Shown: positions 1 to 7,178, counted from the stretch's first letter. The stretch: 14,573 nucleotides of DNA from Oligoflexales bacterium (GCA_041736175.1 JBGSUI010000005.1:1-14573); one strand, 5' to 3'. Program-made: numbers and translations. The notes: generated by a model not told the origin, from the letters alone.

Positions 1-53
1 ACCGTGACCCACTTTACCTCAGGTGAAAGCGGTTTACCTTTAGACGAATGCAT
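1..53 (-). CDS. 5' end of a gene running off the left edge (MHSSKGKPLSPEVKWVT...); product unknown, possibly an IS630-like transposase
   Basis: Minus-strand ATG at 53-51 with GAGG about 10 nt upstream and an open frame to the window edge; extended -10 promoter upstream. The transposase idea rests only on a recalled resemblance of the 'GKPLxPExK' start. Confidence 0.45.
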   Translation of the reverse strand, partial: MHSSKGKPLSPEVKWVT

Positions 54-86
54 GGTGGTCAATCCTCGTTTTTTGGCAAAACGATC

Positions 87-95
87 ATTATACCA
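87..95 (-). promoter_or_regulatory. Extended -10 promoter TGgTATAAT for the left-edge gene
   Basis: + strand attatacca at 87-95 is TGGTATAAT on minus, in AT-rich sequence about 35 nt upstream of the ATG at 53. A hairpin cgtttt-N5-aaaacg (67-83) abuts the RBS. Confidence 0.55.
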
Positions 96-383
96 CGGAA
101 AAAATTAAAATCTATCTTTTCATGTGCGTAGATCTATAGAAAAAGCGATGACGGTGACGCCATAGATTCCGATCACAATCTTTTTAACAATTGAAGAGTT
201 TATACCAGTATGCATTGACCACGAGCCTCCTTGTAGGTTGATCTTAGCTCCTTATGCATACCCTCTTTTCGACCCTAATGGGTGAGGTCTTAAGTTTTTA
301 AAAGCCATACTCATAACCGTATAGATTTCATGGCATTTTAAAAAATTCAGACGACGAAATTTTCCAAACTGCTCCCATTAAAC

Positions 384-1466
384 TTAGCTTACTTTAAGAT
401 CAGTGGGATCTCGGTTAGCGATCCGATAGACAAGCCTTTCGAGATCCTTTTCTGAAACAGGTTTTTCTAAAAAACCATCCACCATCCCAAACCTAAAATC
501 CTGCACCCGGTTTTCCAGGGTGCTTCTTTCATCTTCACCAAGAACGATTTTAAGTGCTTTACTCGCAAAACCTTTGTGGTTGATTTCCACGATCAGACTT
601 AGACCATCCATATCTGGGAGTTTGGAGTCTACCACAATAAGATCGACATTCTGAGGTTTGCTTAAAAAATCCAGGGCCGACAAACTCGAAGCAAAGCTAT
701 GGATTTGGTATTGCATCTTACTAAAGTAGTCATGGATCCGCTTTTGTTGGTCGCTATCATGGGTGACTATGGCGACCAAGATTGGAGTCCCGAGAGACTG
801 GGCCATAGGATTTTGTAGCTCTCTAAGACCATCGATAATGTCTTTGATCCGAGTCCCAGCCTTATAAATTTTCTGCAACCAAGAGAGTGTCTCCCCCTCT
901 TGACGAGTGGGATTCGAATGTTCACGGATCATTTTTTGGGTAAACCCCAGAATGATCGCCAATGAATTATTGATGTCGTGCCCGACACCCCCTACCTGGC
1001 GTCCTATGTTCGCAAGCTGCGCCGTTTGGCTGTCCAGATTTTTAAGACGCTCGATGTCTCTAAGGAGAGTTTCTATGGTTTTTTTGTTGGTGACCTCTTC
1101 GGTTAGATCAAAGTTAGCTCCCAGGATTTCTAAAGGTTGACCTCCTTGGTCTCGGTAGAGCTGGGCGACTGTTCGAATCCACAGAGGTGTACCGTCGACT
1201 TTTCGAGCGGGAAAAACATGATCAAAGTAATCTGTGGTCCCTGCGATCAAATCGCTTGCTGATTGTTCGACCTCCTTAAGACTAACTGGATCCAATAGCT
1301 CTGCCCATTTTTGGTAAGTCACTCCTTCGAGGTCCGGCGAGAGGCCGTAGATTTCGTAGAGTCGGTCGTCCCAGGTTAGGGTGTTGTCTTTGAGATTCCA
1401 ACGCCAGATCCCAAAACGGGAAATCTTTTGGGCTAATTTGAATTTTTCCCGGTCTATTGTGAACAA
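384..1466 (-). CDS. PAS(PAC) + HisKA(DHp) + receiver-domain signalling protein lacking an HATPase domain
   Basis: PAS_3-like GIWRWN...WDDRLYEIYGL...W...L and PAC 'DGTPLWIR...GANFDLTE'; H-box 'GVGHDINNSLAIILGF'; receiver 'DLIVVDSKLPDMDGL...FLEKP'. TTG start with AAGGAG RBS. Confidence 0.8.
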   Translation of the reverse strand: MFTIDREKFKLAQKISRFGIWRWNLKDNTLTWDDRLYEIYGLSPDLEGVTYQKWAELLDPVSLKEVEQSASDLIAGTTDYFDHVFPARKVDGTPLWIRTVAQLYRDQGGQPLEILGANFDLTEEVTNKKTIETLLRDIERLKNLDSQTAQLANIGRQVGGVGHDINNSLAIILGFTQKMIREHSNPTRQEGETLSWLQKIYKAGTRIKDIIDGLRELQNPMAQSLGTPILVAIVTHDSDQQKRIHDYFSKMQYQIHSFASSLSALDFLSKPQNVDLIVVDSKLPDMDGLSLIVEINHKGFASKALKIVLGEDERSTLENRVQDFRFGMVDGFLEKPVSEKDLERLVYRIANRDPTDLKVS

Positions 1467-1506
1467 CCGCGCTCCTTACTAGCTTATTGATCGTCAACTC
1501 ACATCT

Positions 1507-3768
1507 TTAGCTAAGACGCAGCGGTAGCGAACGCAGCCTTTGGCCTGTCGCACGAAACACGGCGTTAGCCACCGCGGCAGCCAGAGGTGGAACCGCTGGC
1601 TCGCCAACTCCCGTAGGCGGCTCGGTGGAGGGCATCATGGCAACTTCGATTTGCGGAGTCTGGGTTAAGGATAAGAGTGGGTAGTCGTCAAAACTGTTTT
1701 GTTGGACCACCCCCCCTTTTAAGGTGATCTCCTGGAAGAGGGTTGCCCCAAGAGCAAAGATAATCCCACCGGTGATTTGGGCCTCCACATGGCCCGGATT
1801 GACTACGGTTCCGCAGTCGATGACGGCAAAGACTTTTTCAACCCGGAGATCTTTTCCATCCACCCTTAGCTCCACCACCTCGCCGACGACCGAACGAAAA
1901 GACTCGTGAATCCCTATCCCCCTAAAGACGCCTTGAGGGAGGGGCGTATCCCAACGGGAAAATTCCCGAAGCCGCCGCAAAACCCCGAGGTTTCGAAGCT
2001 TGTCCTTAAGGAGACGTTCTCGAAAGTCAAAGGGATCCAGCTTTGCAGCGATGGCTAATTCGTCGACAAAGCTTTCTACGGCAAAACCTGTATGGGAATG
2101 TCCCACGGACCGCCAAAAACCTACCGGGACCCCAGGGTTGACCACTTGGTAGGCAACCTCATGGTGTTCCACCGGATAAGTGAGTTCCTGGGCGCCTTCC
2201 ATGGAGGTCGCATCGGGAATCAAGTTCCATTGGCCCACAAGCTTATCGGCAAGTGCAGCCGCACCAGACTTGAGCATGTCTGGCAGCCATTGGGGGAGAA
2301 TCGTCGAGACCCAGGTTGGTAATGTTTGTGCCAAAATCGATGGCCCTGCCGCGCCATGAAGCCATAGCTTTATGGCCCCCTGTTGGTCTAAAGCTGCTTT
2401 CATTTGGTGAACCATCGCGGGGCGATAAAAATCATTTTTGGTATCATCTTCCCGCGACCAGATCAGTTTAACGGGCTTTTTAATAGCTTGGGAGATGGCA
2501 ATGGCTTCGACAGCATAGTCCTGGTACAACCGTCGGCCAAAACCGCCTCCTAGAAACGTGGAGTGGACTTTAATACGCTCAACAGGAACTCCCGTCATTT
2601 CATAGGCCCATTGTTGGATCAATCCTGGTCCTTGGGTGGGAGCCCAGATTTCGACGCTGTCGGGACGCACATCGGCGGTACAGTTTTGTGGCTCTAAGGT
2701 CCCATGGGCCAAAAAAGGGGTCCTGTAGGTTGCTTCGACCTGGAGGGGGTGACTGGCTAAGATTTTTTGAGTAGATCCCTTTTCCAAACAACTCTTAATT
2801 TGTGTACTGGCCCGCTCGGTAAGCTCCCGATAAAAACCTTCCGTACTAAAATCCTTGAGCGGCCCACTCTCCCATTGAACATTGACCAAACCAGCCGCTT
2901 TGCGAGCTTGAAAATAGCGCTTGGCGACGACCGCGACTCCTCCAGCAGCAGCCACCACATCCGTCACTCCTGGCAGCTTTTTTGCCTCCGTTCCATCGAA
3001 ATCCTTAAGAGTTCCTCCTAGCTCTGGCGAACGAATCAGGACGGCCACCAGGGCGTCCGGCACGACCACATCGATGCCAAAGGTGGCTTTTCCAGTGACT
3101 TTAAGCAGGCTATCAAGGCGCCTTTGGGTCTTACCAATGATCTTAAACTCGCTGGGATTTTTAAGGGTGATATTAAGGGGGGGCAACATCTGTGCGGCCG
3201 CCCGAGCCAGGGAGCCATAGGATGATTTTTGCTGCGTTGGTCCATGCACTACAAAACCACCTTCTGTGTGACACTCCGAATCTTTAACCTGCCACCCCTT
3301 GGCGGCAGCCGCCACCAGCATGGCCCGGGCCGTCGCCCCGGCCCGGCGCACGGGCTCATAGGCGGCAAAGACGCTGGTGCTACCCCCTGTGATCTGGATG
3401 TTGAGGAGCTCGGGATTCGAGTATTTCCGGTCTGCATCTGCCATCTCGATTTTGAATTTTTCTGGTTTGACATCGAGTTCTTCTGCCAGCAGCATCACCA
3501 TCGAAGTATAGACCGACTGTCCCATTTCCGATTTATCGAGGATAAAAGTCATGGTGTCGTCGCTTAAAATCTTAAGCCACAGATTGGGGGCAAACACCCC
3601 ATCTCCACCATCCTGGGTACCACCACCCTTCCCATCACCGACTCCTGTTTGGGTCGCCTGGGCAAGACCCTCGGAGGTCCAGGCCCCCTCGATGCCTAGT
3701 CCTAAGACGACCCCTCCTACCACCAGGGCTGAGGTTCGGATCAAAGTCCGTCGGTTTGTTTCCATCAT
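1507..3768 (-). CDS. iorB: Xanthine dehydrogenase-family molybdopterin-binding subunit (isoquinoline 1-oxidoreductase beta/aldehyde oxidoreductase type) with Tat-like signal
   Basis: Motifs 'KSEMGQ', 'QITGGSTSV', 'LEPQNCTA', 'FLGGGFGRR', 'FWRSVGHS', 'VESFVDELA', 'GVGEPAVPP'; N-terminal NRRTLI followed by a hydrophobic segment; directly downstream of a 2Fe-2S subunit. Confidence 0.92.
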   Translation of the reverse strand: MMETNRRTLIRTSALVVGGVVLGLGIEGAWTSEGLAQATQTGVGDGKGGGTQDGGDGVFAPNLWLKILSDDTMTFILDKSEMGQSVYTSMVMLLAEELDVKPEKFKIEMADADRKYSNPELLNIQITGGSTSVFAAYEPVRRAGATARAMLVAAAAKGWQVKDSECHTEGGFVVHGPTQQKSSYGSLARAAAQMLPPLNITLKNPSEFKIIGKTQRRLDSLLKVTGKATFGIDVVVPDALVAVLIRSPELGGTLKDFDGTEAKKLPGVTDVVAAAGGVAVVAKRYFQARKAAGLVNVQWESGPLKDFSTEGFYRELTERASTQIKSCLEKGSTQKILASHPLQVEATYRTPFLAHGTLEPQNCTADVRPDSVEIWAPTQGPGLIQQWAYEMTGVPVERIKVHSTFLGGGFGRRLYQDYAVEAIAISQAIKKPVKLIWSREDDTKNDFYRPAMVHQMKAALDQQGAIKLWLHGAAGPSILAQTLPTWVSTILPQWLPDMLKSGAAALADKLVGQWNLIPDATSMEGAQELTYPVEHHEVAYQVVNPGVPVGFWRSVGHSHTGFAVESFVDELAIAAKLDPFDFRERLLKDKLRNLGVLRRLREFSRWDTPLPQGVFRGIGIHESFRSVVGEVVELRVDGKDLRVEKVFAVIDCGTVVNPGHVEAQITGGIIFALGATLFQEITLKGGVVQQNSFDDYPLLSLTQTPQIEVAMMPSTEPPTGVGEPAVPPLAAAVANAVFRATGQRLRSLPLRLS

Positions 3769-3786
3769 ATGACAATGCTCCCTGGT

Positions 3787-4338
3787 TTAAGGATGATTGA
3801 TGGGCAGATTGGTCGGCGGATTGATCTGCGGATTGATCGGGGCTGGGCTTTGAGGATTTTCTTGCATGGATTCCGCCGCTTTTTTAATGGCCGTGCGGAT
3901 GCGCGGGTAGGTTCCGCAACGACATAGGTTATTGCCCATCGCCTGATCGATCTGCCCATCCGAAGGCATCGGATGAGCTTTGAGCAAAGCTGCCGCTGCC
4001 AAAATCTGCCCAGGCTGGCAATACCCACATTGGACCACATCAGCTTCGATCCAGGCGCGCTGCACCCCGTGGAGACCTTGGGCATCGACCTTATCCTTTT
4101 GCCAAAGGGGGAGACCTTCGATGGTGGTGACGGGTGTTCCTTGGGCTGCAATCACCGGCAAAATACAGCTGCGGGTTGCTCCGTCGCCGAGGATGATGGT
4201 ACAGGCGCCACACAGGCCTTTGCCGCACCCAAACTTGGTCCCCGTCAACCCTAGCTCCTCGCGGATCACCCACAAAAGGGGCGTGTCCTCAGGAACATCA
4301 ACTTGGTATTCTTGTTGATTGATCTTTAGTCGAATCAT
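3787..4338 (-). CDS. iorA: (2Fe-2S)-binding small subunit (IorA/CoxS family)
   Basis: '[17 protein letters not shown]...SC', '[10 protein letters not shown]', 'NLCRCGTY'; AAGGGGG RBS. Confidence 0.95.
   Translation of the reverse strand: MIRLKINQQEYQVDVPEDTPLLWVIREELGLTGTKFGCGKGLCGACTIILGDGATRSCILPVIAAQGTPVTTIEGLPLWQKDKVDAQGLHGVQRAWIEADVVQCGYCQPGQILAAAALLKAHPMPSDGQIDQAMGNNLCRCGTYPRIRTAIKKAAESMQENPQSPAPINPQINPPTNLPINHP
3793..3840 (-). repeat. 4 x 12-bp imperfect tandem repeat encoding the iorA tail [16 protein letters not shown]
   Basis: Minus-strand units ccgatcaatccg / cagatcaatccg / ccgaccaatctg / cccatcaatcat. Confidence 0.8.
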
Positions 4339-4385
4339 CAGAAGCCCCCTTTATGTAGGGCTTTAGCATATCGAATTTTTGGCTC

Positions 4386-4495
4386 GTTGACTTTATTTTC
4401 TTATGGAGCCTTACGGGAGCTACGCTGAGGTCTTGGGAGTACCATCTAAAGTCAAGAGGGGGCGATAGAGTTCAGGACGACGGTCGCGAAAAAAA
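4386..4495 (-). repeat. Direct repeat copy 1: orphan duplicate of the aguB 3' end (FFRDRRPELYRPLLTLDGTPKTSA*) plus downstream sequence
   Basis: Shares identical blocks with 5122-5221: gttgactttattttctt (4386-4402 / 5122-5138), 30-bp accatctaaagtcaagagggggcgatagag (4441-4470 / 5167-5196) and 18-bp cgacggtcgcgaaaaaaa (4478-4495 / 5204-5221). TAG stop at 4422-4420. Confidence 0.95.
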
Positions 4496-4509
4496 TCAGA
4501 TCGTCCCGA

Positions 4510-4547
4510 TTGCGGCAAAGATTTGTTCAATATATACTCGGTATATA
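4510..4547 (+). promoter_or_regulatory. Sigma70-like promoter TTGCGG-N17-TATACT overlapped by the palindrome TATATAC-tcg-GTATATA
   Basis: -35 at 4510-4515, -10 at 4533-4538, inverted repeat 4531-4537 / 4541-4547, GGAGG at 4551-4555. This is the usual layout of an autoregulated type II TA promoter. Confidence 0.7.
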
Positions 4548-4559
4548 AGTGGAGGATGG

Positions 4560-4672
4560 ATGTTTATTGACGCGAGCCCAGCGATTCGGGAAAAGATCAG
4601 GGACACTTTGATCCTGACGAAGCCGACATCATCAGATTCTTGAAAGATGGAGGGATCATCGGATGCCTGTGA
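4560..4672 (+). pseudogene. Frameshifted, truncated toxin-like remnant (BrnT/DUF4258-like, tentative)
   Basis: ATG 4560 reads MFIDASPAIREKIRDTLILT and stops at 4641-4643. A -1 shift near 4619 continues EADIIRFLKDGGIIGCL* to TGA 4670-4672, inside the start of the antitoxin ORF. It occupies the position where the toxin gene would be expected. Confidence 0.45.
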
Positions 4673-4926
4673 AAAAGAAGGAACACGATCAAGCTGCTGA
4701 GATTGTCGCCGAATGGAAGGCGTCGAGACCAGACCTTAAGGAAAAGGCCAAACGAATCCGAAAGGAGCGGAGCCATCAAAAAGGAATTTACATCAAATTT
4801 CCAGAGGACCTTTTGGAGAAGATCCAAGAACTCGCTCAACAAAAGCACATAGGTTACCAAACCTATTTAAAGCTTATAGTGGGTGAACACATTGAGCGCC
4901 TTGAGAAGAAATCGCCAAGGCGATAG
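4663..4926 (+). CDS. CopG/BrnA-type ribbon-helix-helix antitoxin
   Basis: C-terminal 'GIYIKFPEDLLEKIQELAQQKHIGYQTYLKLIV' fits an RHH (beta strand, helix, GYQT, helix) as in the CopG_antitoxin/BrnA families; GGAGGG RBS at 4649-4654. Confidence 0.8.
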   Translation: MPVKKKEHDQAAEIVAEWKASRPDLKEKAKRIRKERSHQKGIYIKFPEDLLEKIQELAQQKHIGYQTYLKLIVGEHIERLEKKSPRR

Positions 4927-4955
4927 TTCATTTCAATCAAAATGATCAACGGGCC

Positions 4956-5025
4956 GCGGACTAACTCGCTGGTCCGCAGCATGAGCAGTCTCCATAGATA
5001 AACCTGCGCTTGATGCCGAGCGAGT
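4956..5025 (+). ncRNA. Predicted three-stem H-type RNA pseudoknot, family unassigned
   Basis: S1 gcggact(4956-4962)/ggtccgc(4971-4977); S2 actcgct(4964-4970)/agcgagt(5019-5025); bulged S3 gcatgagcag(4979-4988)/ctgcgcttgatgc(5004-5016). Paired by hand only. Confidence 0.35.
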
Positions 5026-5121
5026 GAATAAGCTATACGCGCGTACTTTTTAACAACCCGAGATAGGAATTTGGGCTTATATACCTCGGCTAGCCAAATG
5101 CCACCCCTCGACTTCGGGACG

Positions 5122-5221
5122 GTTGACTTTATTTTCTTGCGGGACTTACGATGAAGTCTTTAGAGAACCATCTAAAGTCAAGAGGGGGCGATAGAGGTCC
5201 GGGCGACGGTCGCGAAAAAAA
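5122..5221 (-). repeat. Direct repeat copy 2: the functional aguB 3' end (FFRDRRPDLYRPLLTLDGSLKTSS*) plus downstream sequence
   Basis: Matches 4386-4495 apart from scattered substitutions and a ~10-bp indel after the stop codon. Confidence 0.95.
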
Positions 5222-6033
5222 CCCATCCCTTGTCGATGGAGGCGGGCCTGGATAAGGTCGATCCTATGGAGTAAAATCTGGTCCCTGTCTGGGGAGGCCT
5301 GCTGGACGATCTCACCCGTATAGTCAGAGATAAAAGAGTGTCCATAAAAATCACAACGGGCCTTTTCCATGGTCTCGGCGCCGACTCGATTGGCAGCAGC
5401 CACATACACCCCATTACATACGCTGTGGCCGATCATGGCCCGCTGCCACATAGCAGGGGAATTAGGCGTTGCGACCACATCCGCTGGCTCGCTGCCAATC
5501 GCCGTGGGATACAGCAGCAGATCGGCGCCAAGAAGGGCCATAATCCGAGCACACTCAGGAAACCATTGGTCCCAGCAGATCCCGACGCCGATGTGACCGT
5601 ATTTGGTTTGCCAGACCTTAAAGCCGGTATCACCGGGAGCAAAATAGTATTTTTCCTCATAGCCCGGGCCATCTGGAATATGACTTTTGCGATAGAGCCC
5701 GAGGGGCGCTCCACCGGCATCAAAAACAAAAACGCTATTAAAAAAAACTGGACCCGAGCGTTCAAAAAAACTCACGGGGAGCACCACATCTAACTCCCTG
5801 GCTAGCTCTTGAAATCTACCTAAAAAAGGATGGGACGAATCTTTTTCAAAAGCTCCTAGAAACTGTTCTTCCCGCTCAATCTGGCAGAAATAGGGTCCAG
5901 CAAAAAGTTCGGGCAGGAGGATGATTTTGGCACCAGACGCTGCCGCTTGCCTCACCATATCCACTGCTTTGGTCACATTAGATGTTTGGTCAAGTCCCAT
6001 AGACATTTGTATGATCGCTAAGTGAATCGACAT
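5146..6033 (-). CDS. aguB: N-carbamoylputrescine amidase (carbon-nitrogen hydrolase family), 295 aa
   Basis: Catalytic E-K-C triad in 'LPELFAGPYFC', 'YRKSHIPDGPGYEEKYYF' and 'GICWDQWFPE'; also 'YPTAIGSEP' and 'FFRDRRP'. Start moved to ATG 6033 (MSIHLAII, upstream GGAGG) to avoid overlap with aguA. Confidence 0.93.
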   Translation of the reverse strand: MSIHLAIIQMSMGLDQTSNVTKAVDMVRQAAASGAKIILLPELFAGPYFCQIEREEQFLGAFEKDSSHPFLGRFQELARELDVVLPVSFFERSGPVFFNSVFVFDAGGAPLGLYRKSHIPDGPGYEEKYYFAPGDTGFKVWQTKYGHIGVGICWDQWFPECARIMALLGADLLLYPTAIGSEPADVVATPNSPAMWQRAMIGHSVCNGVYVAAANRVGAETMEKARCDFYGHSFISDYTGEIVQQASPDRDQILLHRIDLIQARLHRQGMGFFRDRRPDLYRPLLTLDGSLKTSS

Positions 6034-6061
6034 ATCTAGTAGAAACCTCCAAGAGTACGCA

Positions 6062-7117
6062 TCACAGCACGGCTGGTTGCTGCTGGGTAAGACAGTGGAA
6101 ACTACCACCTCCGAGGATGATCGCCTCCGAGCTAAGACCAAGGACTTGGTGTCTGGGAAAACAATCTTTAAGGATCGAAAGGGCCGCAGCGTCTTGGGGA
6201 TCGCCGTATTGGGGAACCACAACGGCACCGTTGACGATATAGAAATTGGCGTAGCTTGGGGCCAACCGTGTCCCGTCCTCGAGATAGCGCTTTTTTTGGG
6301 GCAATGGAAGAGGCACAATCCTAAAAGTCGCTTTTCCAGCAGAAGCTCTCTCTAGGCCGTCCTGCTTCAATATTGCGAAATTCTCCGACATAAATTCCCA
6401 ATTGGGATCCTCCCGGTCATGGGCCATGGAGTGGACAATGGTCGAACCATCTACAAAACGAGTGATCGTATCCACATGGCCGTCGGTGTGATCCCCTTCG
6501 AGCCCTTGATTGAGCCAAATAAGCTCCTGGACCCCGAGGTGCTCTCGTAAAATCTTTTCTATCTGCTCGGGTGATAAACCAGGGTTTCGAGTCGGACTCA
6601 ACAAACATTGTTTTGTTGTGATACCAATATTGCTTCCGTTGTGATCAAGGGAACCACCTTCTAAGACCATTGGCCCTAGGGCTAGGGGTTTGCCGGACCA
6701 TCTGGCGACTTTTTCGGGGACGAGACGATCCTTTGAAAAAGGATATTTCTCACCCCAAGCATTAAACTCCCAGCAGCTCGCTACTAGTTTGGCACTGCGG
6801 CTCTGGCTAGAGTCACCGGGGGACTGGATGGTAAAGATTGGACCATTGTCTCGGATCCAAACATCGTCGAGATCGGTCGCAAATAAGGTCAGTCCTGGCG
6901 GCGATCCCAGATGCTGTTCGATAGATTCTCGGCAGAGGGCGTCTTTAACGAGGAGATGGACCGGTTCAAACTTAAGGATGGTTCGAACCAAAGCGGCATA
7001 CTCCTTGCGAACGTCTGCCAGCCGATCAAACCAAATATCGTCCCCAAAGGGCCAACTCATCCAGGTTAGCTGATGCCGTGCCCACTCAGGGGGCACTGTC
7101 TTAAAGATATCTACCAC
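6062..7117 (-). CDS. aguA: Agmatine deiminase (PAD_porph family)
   Basis: 'PPEW', 'DVWIRDNGP', 'FNAWGEKY', 'VLEGGS', 'DHTDGHVD', 'SYANFY', and catalytic Cys in 'GGGSFHCLTQQQP'; adjacent to aguB; GTG start with GGGAG RBS. Confidence 0.93.
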   Translation of the reverse strand: MVDIFKTVPPEWARHQLTWMSWPFGDDIWFDRLADVRKEYAALVRTILKFEPVHLLVKDALCRESIEQHLGSPPGLTLFATDLDDVWIRDNGPIFTIQSPGDSSQSRSAKLVASCWEFNAWGEKYPFSKDRLVPEKVARWSGKPLALGPMVLEGGSLDHNGSNIGITTKQCLLSPTRNPGLSPEQIEKILREHLGVQELIWLNQGLEGDHTDGHVDTITRFVDGSTIVHSMAHDREDPNWEFMSENFAILKQDGLERASAGKATFRIVPLPLPQKKRYLEDGTRLAPSYANFYIVNGAVVVPQYGDPQDAAALSILKDCFPRHQVLGLSSEAIILGGGSFHCLTQQQPAVL

Positions 7118-7178
7118 GCATAAACTCCCTCTTGGTCATCGCGCTCCATTGAGCCTGAGACTAGTACCATAGGAGGAG

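Larger units (their letters stand above)
4386..5221. mobile_element. Putative decayed integrative islet in the aguB 3' end carrying a TA module; no integrase present
   Basis: attL/attR-like duplication of a gene 3' end around 626 bp of unique, oppositely oriented cargo with its own promoter. Confidence 0.6.

Noticed and set aside
4597..4860. 87-aa minus-strand ORF opposite the antitoxin
   Set aside because: Antisense shadow of the ORF that has the RBS, promoter and RHH motif.
4953..5026. HDV-like or pistol ribozyme, or frameshift element, as the identity of the pseudoknot
   Set aside because: There is no P3/L3 as required for HDV-like folds, I see no pistol consensus, and it lies after a stop codon with no slippery heptamer at a suitable distance.
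5047..5128. Integron attC-like site (TAAC-aacccgag...ttcgggacg-GTT)
   Set aside because: The flanks TTTTAAC and GTTGACT do not fit RYYYAAC/GTTRRRY and are not complementary, the inner pairing is poor, and cassette integration would not duplicate the aguB tail.
4386..5221. CRISPR array or tRNA/tmRNA att site
   Set aside because: There are only two long copies, they are protein-coding, and there are no cas genes or cloverleaf structures.
6034..6318. 95-aa N-terminal extension of aguB in the ORF track
   Set aside because: It overlaps aguA on the same strand. The nitrilase fold begins at MSIHLAII (6033), which has a GGAGG upstream.
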